DNA of 64,000 nt, taken from Octopus sinensis (taxonomy: Eukaryota). The DNA is taken from contig NC_043012.1 in the NCBI RefSeq assembly GCF_006345805.1, positions 62,001-126,000 on the forward strand, given 5' to 3'. Every line of letters begins with the position of its first letter. Position 1 is the first letter of the stretch. Both the position numbers and the translations under genes were made by a program. Below are positions 12,643 through 25,227 of the stretch, in pieces. The notes beneath the pieces are model-generated. The model worked only from the letters and a program-made list of their open reading frames with translations. It was not told the origin of the DNA and did no database searches.

Positions 12643-13515
12643 CATACATACATACATACATACACACATACATACATACATACATACATACATACATGCA
12701 TACATACATACATACATACATGCATACATACATACATACATACATGCATACATACATACATACATACATACATACATCATACATACATACATAATACATA
12801 CATACATACATACATACATACATACAAACATACATACATACATACATACATACATAATACATATACATACATACATACATACATACATACATAATACATA
12901 CATAAATACATACATAATACATACATACATACATACATACATACACAATACATACATACATACATACATACATACATACATACATACAACACATACATAC
13001 TACATACATACATACATACATCATACTACATACATACATACATATACATACATACATACATATACATACCTACATACATACATAATACATACATACATAC
13101 ATACATACATACATACATACATACATACATACATACATACACAACATCATACATACATAATACATCATACATACTACATACATACATACATACAAATACA
13201 TACATAATACATACATACATTCATACATACATATAATAATACATAATACATACATTACATAATACATACTTACATACATACATACATACATCATACATAC
13301 ATACATACTAAATACATACAACATACATACATACATCCATACATACATACATAACATACATACATCATACATACATACATACATACATTACATACATACA
13401 TACATACATACACATACATACATACATACATACATACATACATACATACATACATACAATAATACATTAATACATACATACATACATACATACATACATA
13501 CATACATACATAACA
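12408..13515. repeat. About 1.1-kb (CATA)n tetranucleotide array
   Basis: Direct reading; explains the YIHT/MYVC ORFs. Confidence 0.97.
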
Positions 13516-13529
13516 TACATATATATATA

Positions 13530-13875
<346 letters not shown>

Positions 13876-14940
13876 CATATATAAAATGTATATATATGTA
13901 GATATCTCAAAACAGCTAGAGTGTTTCCGTCTCGTGACGTACCGGTTCGGCAAATGGAGGCCCATAGAGTAAGTAGCAATCTTGGTTTAATTTTTAAAAA
14001 AAATGTCATTGAAATGGTTTTGTTTCTCCTAAAACGCTCCAAGGTGATGTTGCAGCATGGCCGCAGTCAAATAACTGAAATAATGGAATAAAATAATAGA
14101 CACACCCACGCGCAAAGAAACACAGATATGTTCGTCCCTTCGTGCGTATGTTCCTATGCTGGAGAATATTATAAGATCCATAATTGGAAACATCGATTCC
14201 GCAACGAAAGACACTGTCACCGCACGCAACAAAAATGTATAATCACACCTCGTCTTCTGCAGAAAAGAAACACTAAACGCAGCTCATCGTAGACTCATCG
14301 TAGACTCATCGTAGACGTGCGCTAATATCCAGAAGGGCTCGATATGAATCACGACTATAAGATACCATAAGATACCATAATTATTGATAATTATCTATTT
14401 TGTTGAGTGGTCGTCTCTTTTAAACACAATTCAAGAGGCACATTCCTGTCGATGAATTTCTTTTCCACTTTATATGCCCCACTCCCCCATCTCTCTCTAA
14501 AGGTCAACCCCTTCTTTTCCAGTATGGTGAACTCTGCAAAGAAACAAACCATCACCCTCCCCCACTACCAACACCACCACTACAACCACCCCGTCATCGC
14601 TACCGCCACTGCCACCGTATTGTAATCACGACTATTACTGTTACTGTCACATCGAGCATCATCACAACAACCAACACAGTAAGGAACAACGTCCTTAGCC
14701 TCACACCTCCACCCCTCGACCGATACTCGCACCACAGCTGCCGCTGCCACCTCGCCACCCCTTCCGCTGGCACCAACATCACAACCACCCCTCTTACTAG
14801 CACCAACACCACAACCATCTTTAGCACTAGCTGACGTTACTACTACTACTACTACTACTACTTACTACTACTACTACTACTACTACTGCTACTACTACTG
14901 CTGGTGCTGGTGGTGCTGCTGCTGCTGTTGTTGTTAAGCA

Positions 14941-15232
14941 ACGAGACGGGTAAGGGTGATTTCACTGCGTCCGTTCTGTGGGTCGGGAGCGGAAGTTCAC
15001 TTTTCCCAGACCCGAAGGACAAGGAGAGGGTCACTGGCCAGAATGTGTCTCGTGGTGGTGGTGGGGGGGGCATTTGCGGTGGGCGATGGACCCGTGGACA
15101 GTCGTAGATGACATGCTCCGCCGTGTCTCCTCTCCCACTCCGCACTATCTGCAGGTTCTGTCTGTGGCTCGGTCGATCTTGTAGAGCCAGTACTTGATGT
15201 CCGGATGATGACGACCAACAAGATGACCAATG
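14941..15232 (-). mobile_element. 3' fragment of an I-group-like LINE ORF2 (C-terminal CCHC knuckle), disrupted
   Basis: Minus translation HLVGRHHPDIKYWLYKIDRATDRTCR*CGVGEE/TAEHVIYDCP = C-x2-C-x8-H-x4-C with one stop and one frameshift. Confidence 0.7.
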
Positions 15233-15246
15233 CTGCTGCTGCTGCG

Positions 15247-15283
<37 letters not shown>

Positions 15284-16428
15284 AAACCTCCATCGCCATT
15301 TTGACGGTGACAAACGTCACGCGTTGCCAAATCTTAGAGTACAACATGCAGAAATAACAATTCTAACAGTAGCAACAAAACTACATTACACAAACAACAA
15401 ACACAATAATCTTGCAATTCATAGAAGGCGAATTACAAGCAAAAGAAAAAGAAAAACACTAACAAAAACGAGGAACAATAAACGTTTCCAGGAATCCAAT
15501 GTATTCGGTTGTAAAGACAAAAAAAAACAGAAAGAGATATATACACGCGTTTCGGAGTTTTGGTTCTTTGTCAAAATAAACAAAAGGAGAAGAGGAAACA
15601 AAACAGTAAGTTAGAAAAATAAACATTGAAGGAGTTCATCGAAAAAGTAGAATATAAATCAATAAATCAATCGCAGAGACAGAATGCAGAAAGAGAGAGG
15701 GAGATAGAGGGAGCTGGGGGAGGGAGAGAGAGATAGAAGGCAAGAATATGAGGTTTATAACTGTGAAAAGCGTGTCTGTTAATCAATAAGCGATGAACGA
15801 TTTTAAGTATGGGAGCTGTAATTGTGACTACGTCGTACGAGCGCGTATATGTTAGTTTTTAAGTGTATACATATATACATATACTTTTACATATATATAT
15901 ATAAACACACTTACTAGTATCAAACAATGAGGATGGGTACCTGATTTCCAAGTGGTTGTCTTGACCAATTGTAGAAGTCTCTGCCACATGAAACCGTTGG
16001 TTACTTTGATAATCTGCAAATATATATATACTTTTGCATGTTTATATGTGTGTGTGTACGTGGGCTTTCGCGCATGTATATCTACATATTCATATTGACA
16101 TTTTTTTACCCTTAAATGCTCCTTTTATAGTTCCTAAAATTTCAGACGACTCTGCGATTCAGGAGTGAATGAATATGCAGTTTCTTTATTTGTATATTTC
16201 TCAGAATTTATTTTTGTTAGATTTTGTCCTTTGTATCTCTGTTTTATACTCCACGGATATTTGAGGATTTTTACTGAAGAAATTCCACCCTATATTAGCA
16301 CTTCGCGGGCGATAGCCGAAGAGGAATTTTTGAAATCACACTTTAAGGTTTTTACCTCAATTATACATATATGTTTTTTGTGTGAGTATGTGTGTGATTG
16401 TATATGTATGTATGTATGTACATGTATT

Positions 16429-16500
<72 letters not shown>

Positions 16501-16739
16501 ATATGGCGTTTATGATAGGTAATGGTGTCAATAAGACCCTAAGGTGTCAGGTAATGCTGAGTAAGTGTTATGGATAGACCATTGATTAACGATTTTCTTA
16601 CACCGAAAACAGCTGTAACACCTTCTATTTATAAATGTTCTAAATTCTTCACAGCCTTGGTTTTTTTTTTTATCTCATTCTGAATATATATATATATATT
16701 CAGATTGGGAAGGGTCAAAAGCAATTTTTGACCCTGTGG

Positions 16740-17790
16740 ACCCCATCGGCCGCAACAGATCTGAGTTTTTTTTAAATGGCTGGCTGCATGTATCCGGTGA
16801 TACTTGAGGGACGTCCCACCAAGTGTCACTCGTGCCTGCAGTCAGGCCACATTAAAAGAAACTGCCCCCAGAACCATGGTGAGGTCCTGGAACAGTCACT
16901 GGATGCCACCTCCCCTGCCCGGTCAAAGGGAGAGGTGGATGTGGTTAAAAGGATTAAAAAGGCGGGTAACAATAGTTGCCTGCCGAAGGACCCTAAGGCT
17001 TCGGGGGGTGGGGGAGAGACTCCGGACAAAGCGGAACAGCCCCGCTCTCCAGAAGTCTGAAAAAAAAAAGAAAAAGAAAAAAGAAAGATCGGGTCATCGC
17101 AGGGGGGAGATGATGTGCCGTCTGCATGTCCCGAAGTTGTGCCACCCACGGTGGAAGAAACGACCCCCACCCTTAAATAATATGAAGTAATTATCCTTAT
17201 CTACAAGGGCGGGGAGGTGGAAAAAATAGTAGAAGAACATAAAGAGACATCATGTATGCCCTTCACACGGGATCCCGAATGGCCTCCCCAGATAGCTGTG
17301 GAGGTCATAAAATTTACCTTGTGGGAAAGGCTAGAACGATTTGAGAAGGAGTGTCGCATATGGCCGGGTGGCTCTTACACTGGAATGACTTACATGTCCT
17401 ACAGGAGTGAGGCATGGGAAATAACGAGATACAGGAACTCAAGCAGCATTAAAGATAATGATGAATATATTGATGACTAGGGGGTGAAAAACCAGGGTTA
17501 GAGGATTTGAAACCTCATCTTATTGTATTATTTGTAGTGGTTTATAACCTCAATTATGTGTTTAAAAAAACATGTTAAGTAAGAGGTTTTAGTGCCTCCT
17601 TCTTGTAAGAAGTTTGAAACCTCATATTGATTTTCAAAAAAAGAAAATATATTCTTCGAGAAAAATCCAATCGGCGGGTGCTGGGTTTCGTCTCTCATTT
17701 ATTCATTATATTTCATTTTCATTCATTAATGTGCTTGTCTAGCCCGCAAAGCTACACAATCTTTATACTGTCTATATGAACAATTTTATG
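16740..17790 (+). mobile_element. L1/Tx1-like element fragment: ORF1 zinc knuckle and C-terminus followed by AT-rich 3' tail
   Basis: PVILEGRPTKCHSCLQSGHIKRNCP (C-x2-C-x4-H-x4-C) at 16776-17060; further in-frame segment 17217-17480; no APE/RT follows. Confidence 0.65.
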
Positions 17791-17799
17791 AAATATAGT

Positions 17800-17935
17800 A
17801 GCTTGCTTACGAACCACATGGTTCCGGGTTCAGTCCCACTGCATGGCACCTTAGGTAAGTGTCTTCCATTATAGCCTCAGTCCGACCAAAGCCTTGTGAG
17901 TGAATTTGGTAGACAGAAACTGAAAGAAGCCCGTC

Positions 17936-17993
<58 letters not shown>

Positions 17994-18370
17994 ACCAAGA
18001 AAAAGTAACAAGAATGGATCAGTAGTTTAGTACAATTGTTTCATACTGAGAACATTTTATTTAAAGCTGCAAATGTTCTAAGTTAAGTACCATATTCATT
18101 TGAATCTTAATTGTTTTGCTGATATATATATATATATTTATGTGTGTGTGTATGTGTTGTGTGCGTGTGTGTGTGTATGTATGTGTGTGTATATGTGTTT
18201 GTGTGTCTGTGTTTGTCCCCTCAACATCGCTTGACAACCTTTGGTGGTGTGTTTACGTTCCCGTAACTTAGTCCTGGGGGTCGATTTGCTCGACTATGTA
18301 AGGTGGTGCTCCAGCATGGCCGCCGTCAGATGACTGAAACAAAGTGAAAGAGTGAAAGGAGTGAAAGAGT
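17800..18370 (+). mobile_element. SINE family A, split at its internal microsatellite by an inserted segment
   Basis: 5' half 17800-17940, 3' half 18190-18370 ending ccagcatggccgccgtcagatgactgaaac. Confidence 0.85.
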
Positions 18371-18377
18371 TCCCGTA

Positions 18378-18406
18378 ACAACAACAACAACAGCAACAAC
18401 AACAGC

Positions 18407-18441
<35 letters not shown>

Positions 18442-18710
18442 CGGCGATACTACCATGAGAAACTATTACAGAAACCACAACACCACCTTCACCCCGACCC
18501 CACCCCACCCCATCCCCACCGCAACAACAACAAAAACAACAACATCAACAAAACAGCGTTTTATTGTGGAGGATATAAAAGGACATATTTGAAATCCCGT
18601 TAAAGAATTTATGCCCCTCCCCTTTTTCTCTCTCTTTTTCTTCCTATTTTTTCTTTATCTTTGTCTGTCTGTCTCTCTCTGTCTCAGTCTGACTGTCTCC
18701 CTCACTTCTT

Positions 18711-18743
<33 letters not shown>

Positions 18744-18769
18744 ACCCTCTCTTCTTCTTCTTCTTCGTC

Positions 18770-18826
<57 letters not shown>

Positions 18827-19339
18827 TTGAATATACTGGCTCTCCGAGGAGGCCGAGGAAGAGGCTAGCGTTGTGCATGGTGGTAGCGGTGGAGATAATT
18901 ATGCTACTGATGGCGGCGGCGGCGGCGGCGGTGGTAACGGGTTTTCGTTGTGGTGGTACAGTACAGTTAGTGTTGATGTTAGTGATGGTGGTGACTGTGT
19001 TAGTGGTGGTAGCAGTGGGTGTAGTGGCGGTGGAGGTGATGTTGTTGTTGTTGTTGATGGTGGGGGCGCCGGTAGTGGTGATGGGGAAGGTGGGGGATGA
19101 TCATAGTATAATTTCAGTGGTGGTGGCAGTGGTAATTTGTAGCAGTGGCGGTGGTAGTGATAGTGTTGTTGTTGATGTTGTTGTTGATGGTGGTAGTAGT
19201 CTTGTTGTTTTGTTGTTGGTTGTAGCAAGGTTTAAATTTCTTGTGTTGTTGTTGATGATCTTGATGATGATGATGATGATGATGACGATGGTGATGATGA
19301 CTACAACGACGAGGAAGATGTCAATGATGATCAGGATGG

Positions 19340-19391
<52 letters not shown>

Positions 19392-19680
19392 TGTAGTAAG
19401 GGTGGCGGCGGCCGTGGTATTGTTATAATGTGAGTGCAGTGTACTAGATAAAAATATCACACACACACACATACTCATACACACACACACGATCACACAC
19501 GATCCCATACACACACACACATGATCACACACATGCTCAAACACACACACACAGTTACACACAGACATACAGACAGATGAACCAAAAGTATAAAAAAAAA
19601 ATCGGTCAGTTGATAAGAGGACACATTATTGTCAAACGATGGAAATTTGATGGATTATTTTAGTTTGTTTTGCTGCTGCT

Positions 19681-19712
<32 letters not shown>

Positions 19713-19800
19713 GGTTGTTGTTGTTGTAGTGGTGGTAGTTGTACTGTTGATTTATTTATACGGTTTTGTTTATTTATTTACTTATTTATTTTTTTGTTGC
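18378..19800. repeat. Mosaic of (CAA)n, (CT)n, (GGT)n, (GAT)n, (CA)n and (TGC)n low-complexity tracts
   Basis: Direct reading; source of ORFs 18661-19428 and neighbours. Confidence 0.9.
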
Positions 19801-19878
19801 TTTATCTGTCTGTTTTTGTTTGTTTTTGCTCGGATTCCTTTATATTAAACTACATTTAGTTTTGCCTGTTATTTAGGG

Positions 19879-20150
19879 CAGTGGTTCTCAAACATCTTTT
19901 TTTCTATGGACCCCTTTGTTTCCTACTTTACTCGTGGACCCTCATAAGCATTCGATGTATGAAAAAAATACTATTGTATGTTAATAATGAAATATCATTA
20001 GGAATACTATGAAACATCGTCAAAATATTTTGTGTATTATAGAAATCTAACCAATAAATTGCACATAAAATTTAACAGCAAAATTGTATATAGATCCCAA
20101 GGCTCTTATGAATCCCAAGGGCTCATGTGGACCCCGGTTCAGAACGACTA
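19879..20150. mobile_element. hAT-type MITE
   Basis: TIR CAGTGGTTCTCAA / TTCAGAACGACTA; 8-bp TSD ATTTAGGG (19871-19878) / AATTAGGG (20151-20158). Confidence 0.8.
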
Positions 20151-20284
20151 AATTAGGGAGGCCAGAGCACCATAAATGATCCTTTATGTTTGCAAGGGCT
20201 TCTCACTCCCTTAGAAAATGAGGGTTGAGATTATTGTCAAATGAGAAAACTGTCTTAAATGTTGACAAAATGAACTCCATGTGA

Positions 20285-20990
20285 AGTACCCATCGACCAG
20301 CTTGTGGTGGTAAACATGGCGACGTTAAATTTACCCGTAGTCGACCAGACTGTGGTATTAACTAGGGCGATGTTTTAAGTCTAAGACGCCGATAAAGTTA
20401 GCCATAGACCAGACTGTGGTGTGAAACAGGGTGACGTTTTTATTCTAAAATTCAAGTGAACAACGATGAAGCTACCATCGACTAGGTTTTGATGGTAAAC
20501 AAGGAAACGTTTTAATTGTACCATTCCAGTGATTTCTGATAAAGTTTGCCACCGCCCAGGCTTTGGTGTTAGAAAGGATGATGTTTTAATTCTAACATTC
20601 CAGTGAACACCTATATAGTTACCCATCGTCCAGGTTTTAGAGTTAAAATGGGTCAGTCCTTTCCGTCTGATAATTAAGTGAATATCTATAAAGGTACCCA
20701 AGCACCATAACAGTGACCCAAGAACCAGGTTGTTTCATGAAACCGAGAAAATTTCAAAGATTACCATTCTAGTAAATACCGATAAAATTGCCCAAAGACG
20801 AGACTATAGTGTTAAACAAGCCACGTTTTAAGCCTACGATTTACGTGAACACTGCTGAATTACCCAAGAAACAGTTTCTTCGGCTAAAGGAGGTTATATA
20901 CTTACCATTTCAGTGAACACAGATAAAGTTACACAAGGAGAGGCATATGTACATAAACTAGTCACAAACTGACCTACCATACGAAATCTG
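20285..20990. repeat. Diverged minisatellite with about 74-bp unit (roughly 9 units)
   Basis: Unit starts (ccatcg/ccatag/ccaccg) at 20402, 20475, 20549 and 20623; shared blocks ccagg..gtg..aaac.agg.gacgtttt..ttct..attcca.gtgaac; one more unit near 22735-22800. Confidence 0.8.
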
Positions 20991-21154
20991 ACCACAATAA
21001 TAGAATTTCGGATGGGTGGGTTCAAATGCTGCTGAGCTCAGTGTTGTCTTTATAACCTTCTGGGTTCAATGGTCTAAGCACCGGTTGAGTATTACTGTAG
21101 ATCATGTGAGTTCTTGTGTGATCTACAAAAAGTTCTATTTTTGCAAATGAGGTT

Positions 21155-21252
<98 letters not shown>

Positions 21253-21799
21253 AAATTGAGATTGTTGATGTTTATTTAGAATACATGTTACCGAAGGTGA
21301 TCCAGTCATGACTACCTCTTCTGTCTTAGCAGAGGTAGAGGCCTCTGAACTGTATTATCCAATATTTCTGTGATTTAGAAAATGACACTCACTCAAGATG
21401 ACGTGCTGCAAAATAGAAACCGAGACCTTTGATTTGAAGAATATTTTAAGTAACTGTCGTCTGATGAAGGTATGGCTAACGATGTCTAGCAGTATGAAAG
21501 CCCCTTGTGGAGTAGCCCTAACATTTGTAGGGGCGGGGCTTATAGGATTTTCCACATTCGAAATCACGTAACTGAAAGAATAATTTAACTAATACTGTAT
21601 GTAGTATGTCTTATCATTTACTTATTTCAGTCGTTAGACTGTGGCTATTCTGGGGTACCATCTTGACCCCAGTACTTATTCTATTGGTCAGATTTTGCCG
21701 AACCACTAAGTTACGGAGATGTAAACAAACCAACTCCGGTTGTCAAGCGTGGTGGAGAATAAACACACAGAGAGCGGGCCCCCACCATATATACTTCTA

Positions 21800-22070
21800 T
21801 ATATATAACATATTAGAAAAAAAAACCTTTTATCAATTCAAAAGGAATAATTAAATTACACCATCTAGAAAATTACATATAATAGAAAAATTAAAATTAT
21901 ATTATATGTAATTTTCTAGATGGTGTAATTTAATTAGTCATTTTGAATTGATAAAAGGTGGTTTTTTTTAAATATTTTATATATATTATATTGTGTGGAA
22001 TTTGATTTAGTATTTCTAAATTGAATTCTTTTTCCTTGTAAGTTTGGATTTTAGTCCCTCAAATAATAAT
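21800..22070. mobile_element. Fold-back PLE-terminus-like element (arms about 21800-21884 and 21900-21985, 15-nt loop)
   Basis: taattaaattacaccatctagaaaattacatataata / tattatatgtaattttctagatggtgtaatttaatta, plus flanking matched blocks. Confidence 0.8.
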
Positions 22071-22093
22071 TATATATATATACATATATATAT

Positions 22094-22390
22094 AAAAGAA
22101 GTTTGAGAACGCCACTATATAAGATAAATTTAAATTTTCTGAGATATTTTACATGTTTCGGTTCTTCTTGAAATAAACGAACCTTATCAAAAAAATATAT
22201 TTTTAAAAGTTAAGTGTAATAAAAGAAAAGTTCATAATTATTTTTGACTAGTATCAGAGTCCACGTGGTAGCGTTTTATGTGTGGTAACATAATGGCTGT
22301 CTTGTGCGTTGACTAGAATCGTTGGCTTACAATAAAATCTCTCAGAAAATTAAAATTTATCTTATATAGTAGCGTTTTCAAACTTCTTTT
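22094..22390. mobile_element. Fold-back element with 57-bp TIRs (about 4 mismatches) containing a hammerhead
   Basis: 22094-22150 vs reverse complement of 22334-22390; related copy at 50897-51140. Confidence 0.85.
22147..22194 (-). ncRNA. Minimal type I hammerhead-like ribozyme with compensatory U3-A8 core
   Basis: Minus strand UUU UUGAUAA GGUUC (14-nt loop) GAACC GAAA C AU G UA AAA. Perfect 5-bp stem II, palindromic ACAUGU stem III, GUA site; stem I weak (A-U only). Confidence 0.68.
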
Positions 22391-23009
22391 CTATAAATAT
22401 ATACCCACTCGTATACCACCTATACTTTATATATATAAAGAACATGCTTCTATCATTTTCGGGTATGAAACTTATTCACAAGTCTTTGATCGACTCGGCT
22501 CAGGGCTCCAGTGGGAGTTCACAATGTGCCTTATGAAACTCGGAACCATGCGGTTGGGAAGCAACCTTTTTGCCACACAACCATGTCTGCGCCTCTTAAA
22601 GATTCTTGAGAGAGGTGTCGAACCCATAACCTATTATCGTTTCAGGCTCTCTGAGTCTGAGGATGTAAGATAGGATGTTACTTTCAAACTAGAGATTTTA
22701 TTCGAATGCTTGTTCTATTGAATGGTCGCAACAACCAGGTAGTTGTGTTAAACTGGACGACGTTTTAAGGTCCTTATCAAAATGTCAGAACACATAAAGT
22801 CGAAATATATAGGACAAAATTTCTCGGTTGGTGCTCTAACAAATTTATACCTATATCAAGGCCCTGATCTTTGGGAAAGAAAATTGACTGAAAATGATTA
22901 CATCGTCTCCAGTGCTCAACGGGGACTTATTTCTTCAACCCCGAAAAGATGAAAAGTAAGGTCGGCCTCGACAGAATTTGAACTCAGAACGTAAAGATGG
23001 ACAATGAGT

Positions 23010-23207
23010 ATGTATAATAACAACAATTCTCTGTCGGAATTTTCAACCATGATCTGCTTATTTCCAGACTCATTGAAAAGACAGAATATCTCACAGATAT
23101 GTGTAGTGTACCCTTAACGGAGTTCTCAGATAGAGAAGGTATGATACAGTATTACAAGGCGATAGACCTTCGAAACACCCGGCGAACTTTTGCATCGGTA
23201 CTTCGTA
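23010..23207. mobile_element. Tc1/mariner-type MITE remnant
   Basis: Right end ccggcgaacttttgcatcggtacttcgTA resembles the TACGAGGG..gaaaagttcctgg TIR family seen at 52248 and 61201. Confidence 0.5.
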
Positions 23208-23333
23208 TTATTCGCAACGACGTGATGCAACAAAAACTGACACTCGCCCAAGATGTCATGCCACAGACTCTAAGCCTGTACTTCAGCTAGAAGGAATATA
23301 CAAGTAACTGTCATCGTTTTAGGATATTATTAA

Positions 23334-23945
23334 GGCGGCGAGCAAGCAGAATTGTTAGCACGCCGAGCGAAATCCTTCGCGGTATTTCGTCTGTCGTTAT
23401 ATTGTGAGTCCAAATTCCACCGAGGTCGACTTTACCTTTCATCCTTTCGGGGTCGATAAATTAAGTACCAGTTACACACTAGGGTCGATGTAATTGACTT
23501 AATACCTATGTCTGTCCTTGTTTGTCCCCTCTATGTTTAGCCCCTTGTGGGTAATAAAGAAACATGTATTTCGTCTCCCGTTACGTTCTGAGTTAAAATT
23601 CTGCTGAGGTCGACTTTGCCTTTCATCCTTTCGGAGTCGATTAAATAAGTACCAGTTACGCACTGGGGTCGATATAATCGACTTAATCCGTTTGTCTGTC
23701 CTTGTGTGTCCCCTCTGTGTTTAGCCCCTTGTGGGTAATAAAGAAATAGGTATTTGGTCTGCATAGCAGCGTTTCTTCCGACTCATTCCGTTGTTAGCTC
23801 AAATCCCGCATGTGTTGTCTTTATCTTTCATCATTTACAGGTCGATAAAGTAAGTACCAGTTGAGTACTGCGTCGATGTAATTGACTTAAGCTTTTTTTC
23901 CCGAACTTGCTGGCCTAGTACCAAGATTTGAAATCATCATTATTA
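23334..23945 (+). mobile_element. SINE family B: head plus three tandem 184-bp body units
   Basis: Units restart at gtattt at 23382, 23566 and 23750 (exact 184-bp period). Confidence 0.9.
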
Positions 23946-23956
23946 CGAGTAGTAGT

Positions 23957-24142
23957 GCGCAGGAGTGGCTGTGTGGTAAGTAGCTTGCTTACCAACCACA
24001 TGGTTCCGGGTTCATTCCCACTGCGTGCCAACTTGGGCAAGTGTCTTCTACTATAATCTCTGACCGACTAAAGCCTTGTGAGTGGATTTAGTAGACGGAA
24101 ACTGAAAGAAGCCCATCGTATATATATATATAAATATATATT

Positions 24143-24190
<48 letters not shown>

Positions 24191-24386
24191 TGTGTCTGTG
24201 TTTGTCCACCCCCCCAAATCGATTCACAGCCGATGCTGGTGTGTTTACCTACCCGTAACTTAGCGGTTCGGCAAAAGAGACCGACAGAATAAGTACTAGG
24301 CTTACAAAGAATAAATCCTGGGGTCGATTTGCTCGACTAAAATCGTGGTGCTCCAGCATGGCCGCAGTCAAATGACTAAAACAAGT
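23957..24386 (+). mobile_element. SINE family A, full length (tRNA-like head, ccttgggcaagt CORE-like block, internal microsatellite, LINE-like tail)
   Basis: gcgcaggagtggctgtgtggtaag..gggttcattccc head; tail gtgctccagcatggccgcagtcaaatgact. Confidence 0.9.
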
Positions 24387-24391
24387 GATAA

Positions 24392-24605
24392 GGCGGGAAA
24401 CCGGCAGAATTGTTACGCCTCCAGGCAAAATGTTTAGCGGCAGTTCGTTCTACTTAAGTTCTGAGTTCAAATTCTGGCGAGATGGACTTTGCCATCCATC
24501 CTTTCGGGGTCAATAAAATAAGTACCAGTTGAGTAGTGGGTTCAATGTAATCGATTTATCCTCTCCCACTAAATTCCTAGCCTTATGCCAAAATTTGAAA
24601 TCTTT
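24392..24605 (+). mobile_element. SINE family B
   Basis: ggcgggaaaccggcagaattgttacgcc..gttctgagttcaaattc..catcctttcggggtcaataaaataagtaccag. Confidence 0.8.
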
Positions 24606-25227
24606 ATTATCACTAGTATTAGTAATGGTAGACGAGTTGCTGTAGAAATGGTAGCGATGATAGTGTATGTTTGTTCTTGCTGTTGTTTAATGTTATCTTA
24701 GCATTTCATCCCGATTTAGTATTTTGCCATCAACCAAACGTAAATAGATATAAATTTTATAAATAAATAATTCCTTAGTATCCATCCATTGAGTTTATCA
24801 GGTAAATTCTGTCAAGTTCAGCTGCTAGAATCATTAAAATATATTAGCTTTACTAATAAACTAGGACTCATAAATTCACCACCTCTTTTTCACTGTTTCC
24901 AGTGATAATGTCAATACGATTCTCTGAAAAATTAGCAAAGACAAATTCTTTAGATTGTTAACCTGCTAGCTAAACATTCTTTAAGAGGAACAGTATTTTT
25001 GGAATGGTATTGACCGATATTTGGTAAACTCAGAAGCAAGTGCCGAATTCCCTAAATATGGATTTGATGGTCTCGACTCTATTTCGGCAAAAGAATGAAA
25101 AAAAAAAATGATTTACTGATGAGAGTATAATAATATCCAAACATACCAGGAATTGTTTTCCATATTTGGCACTATTAATCAAGTTATATTACTTATTCAC
25201 TTATATTGTATTTTTTTTTCTCTATCT

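Larger units (their letters stand above)
21622..22595 (-). mobile_element. SINE family A interrupted by two fold-back elements
   Basis: 3' half 21622-21770 and 5' half 22445-22595 are collinear on the minus strand. Confidence 0.7.

Noticed and set aside
20285-20990. CRISPR-like regularly spaced repeats
   Set aside because: Whole units are homologous (no unique spacers), the context is eukaryotic, and there are no cas genes
23068-23290. Protein-looking ORF after a good splice acceptor (LIEKTEYL..LYFS)
   Set aside because: It overlaps a mariner-type MITE end (to 23207); most likely a chance frame
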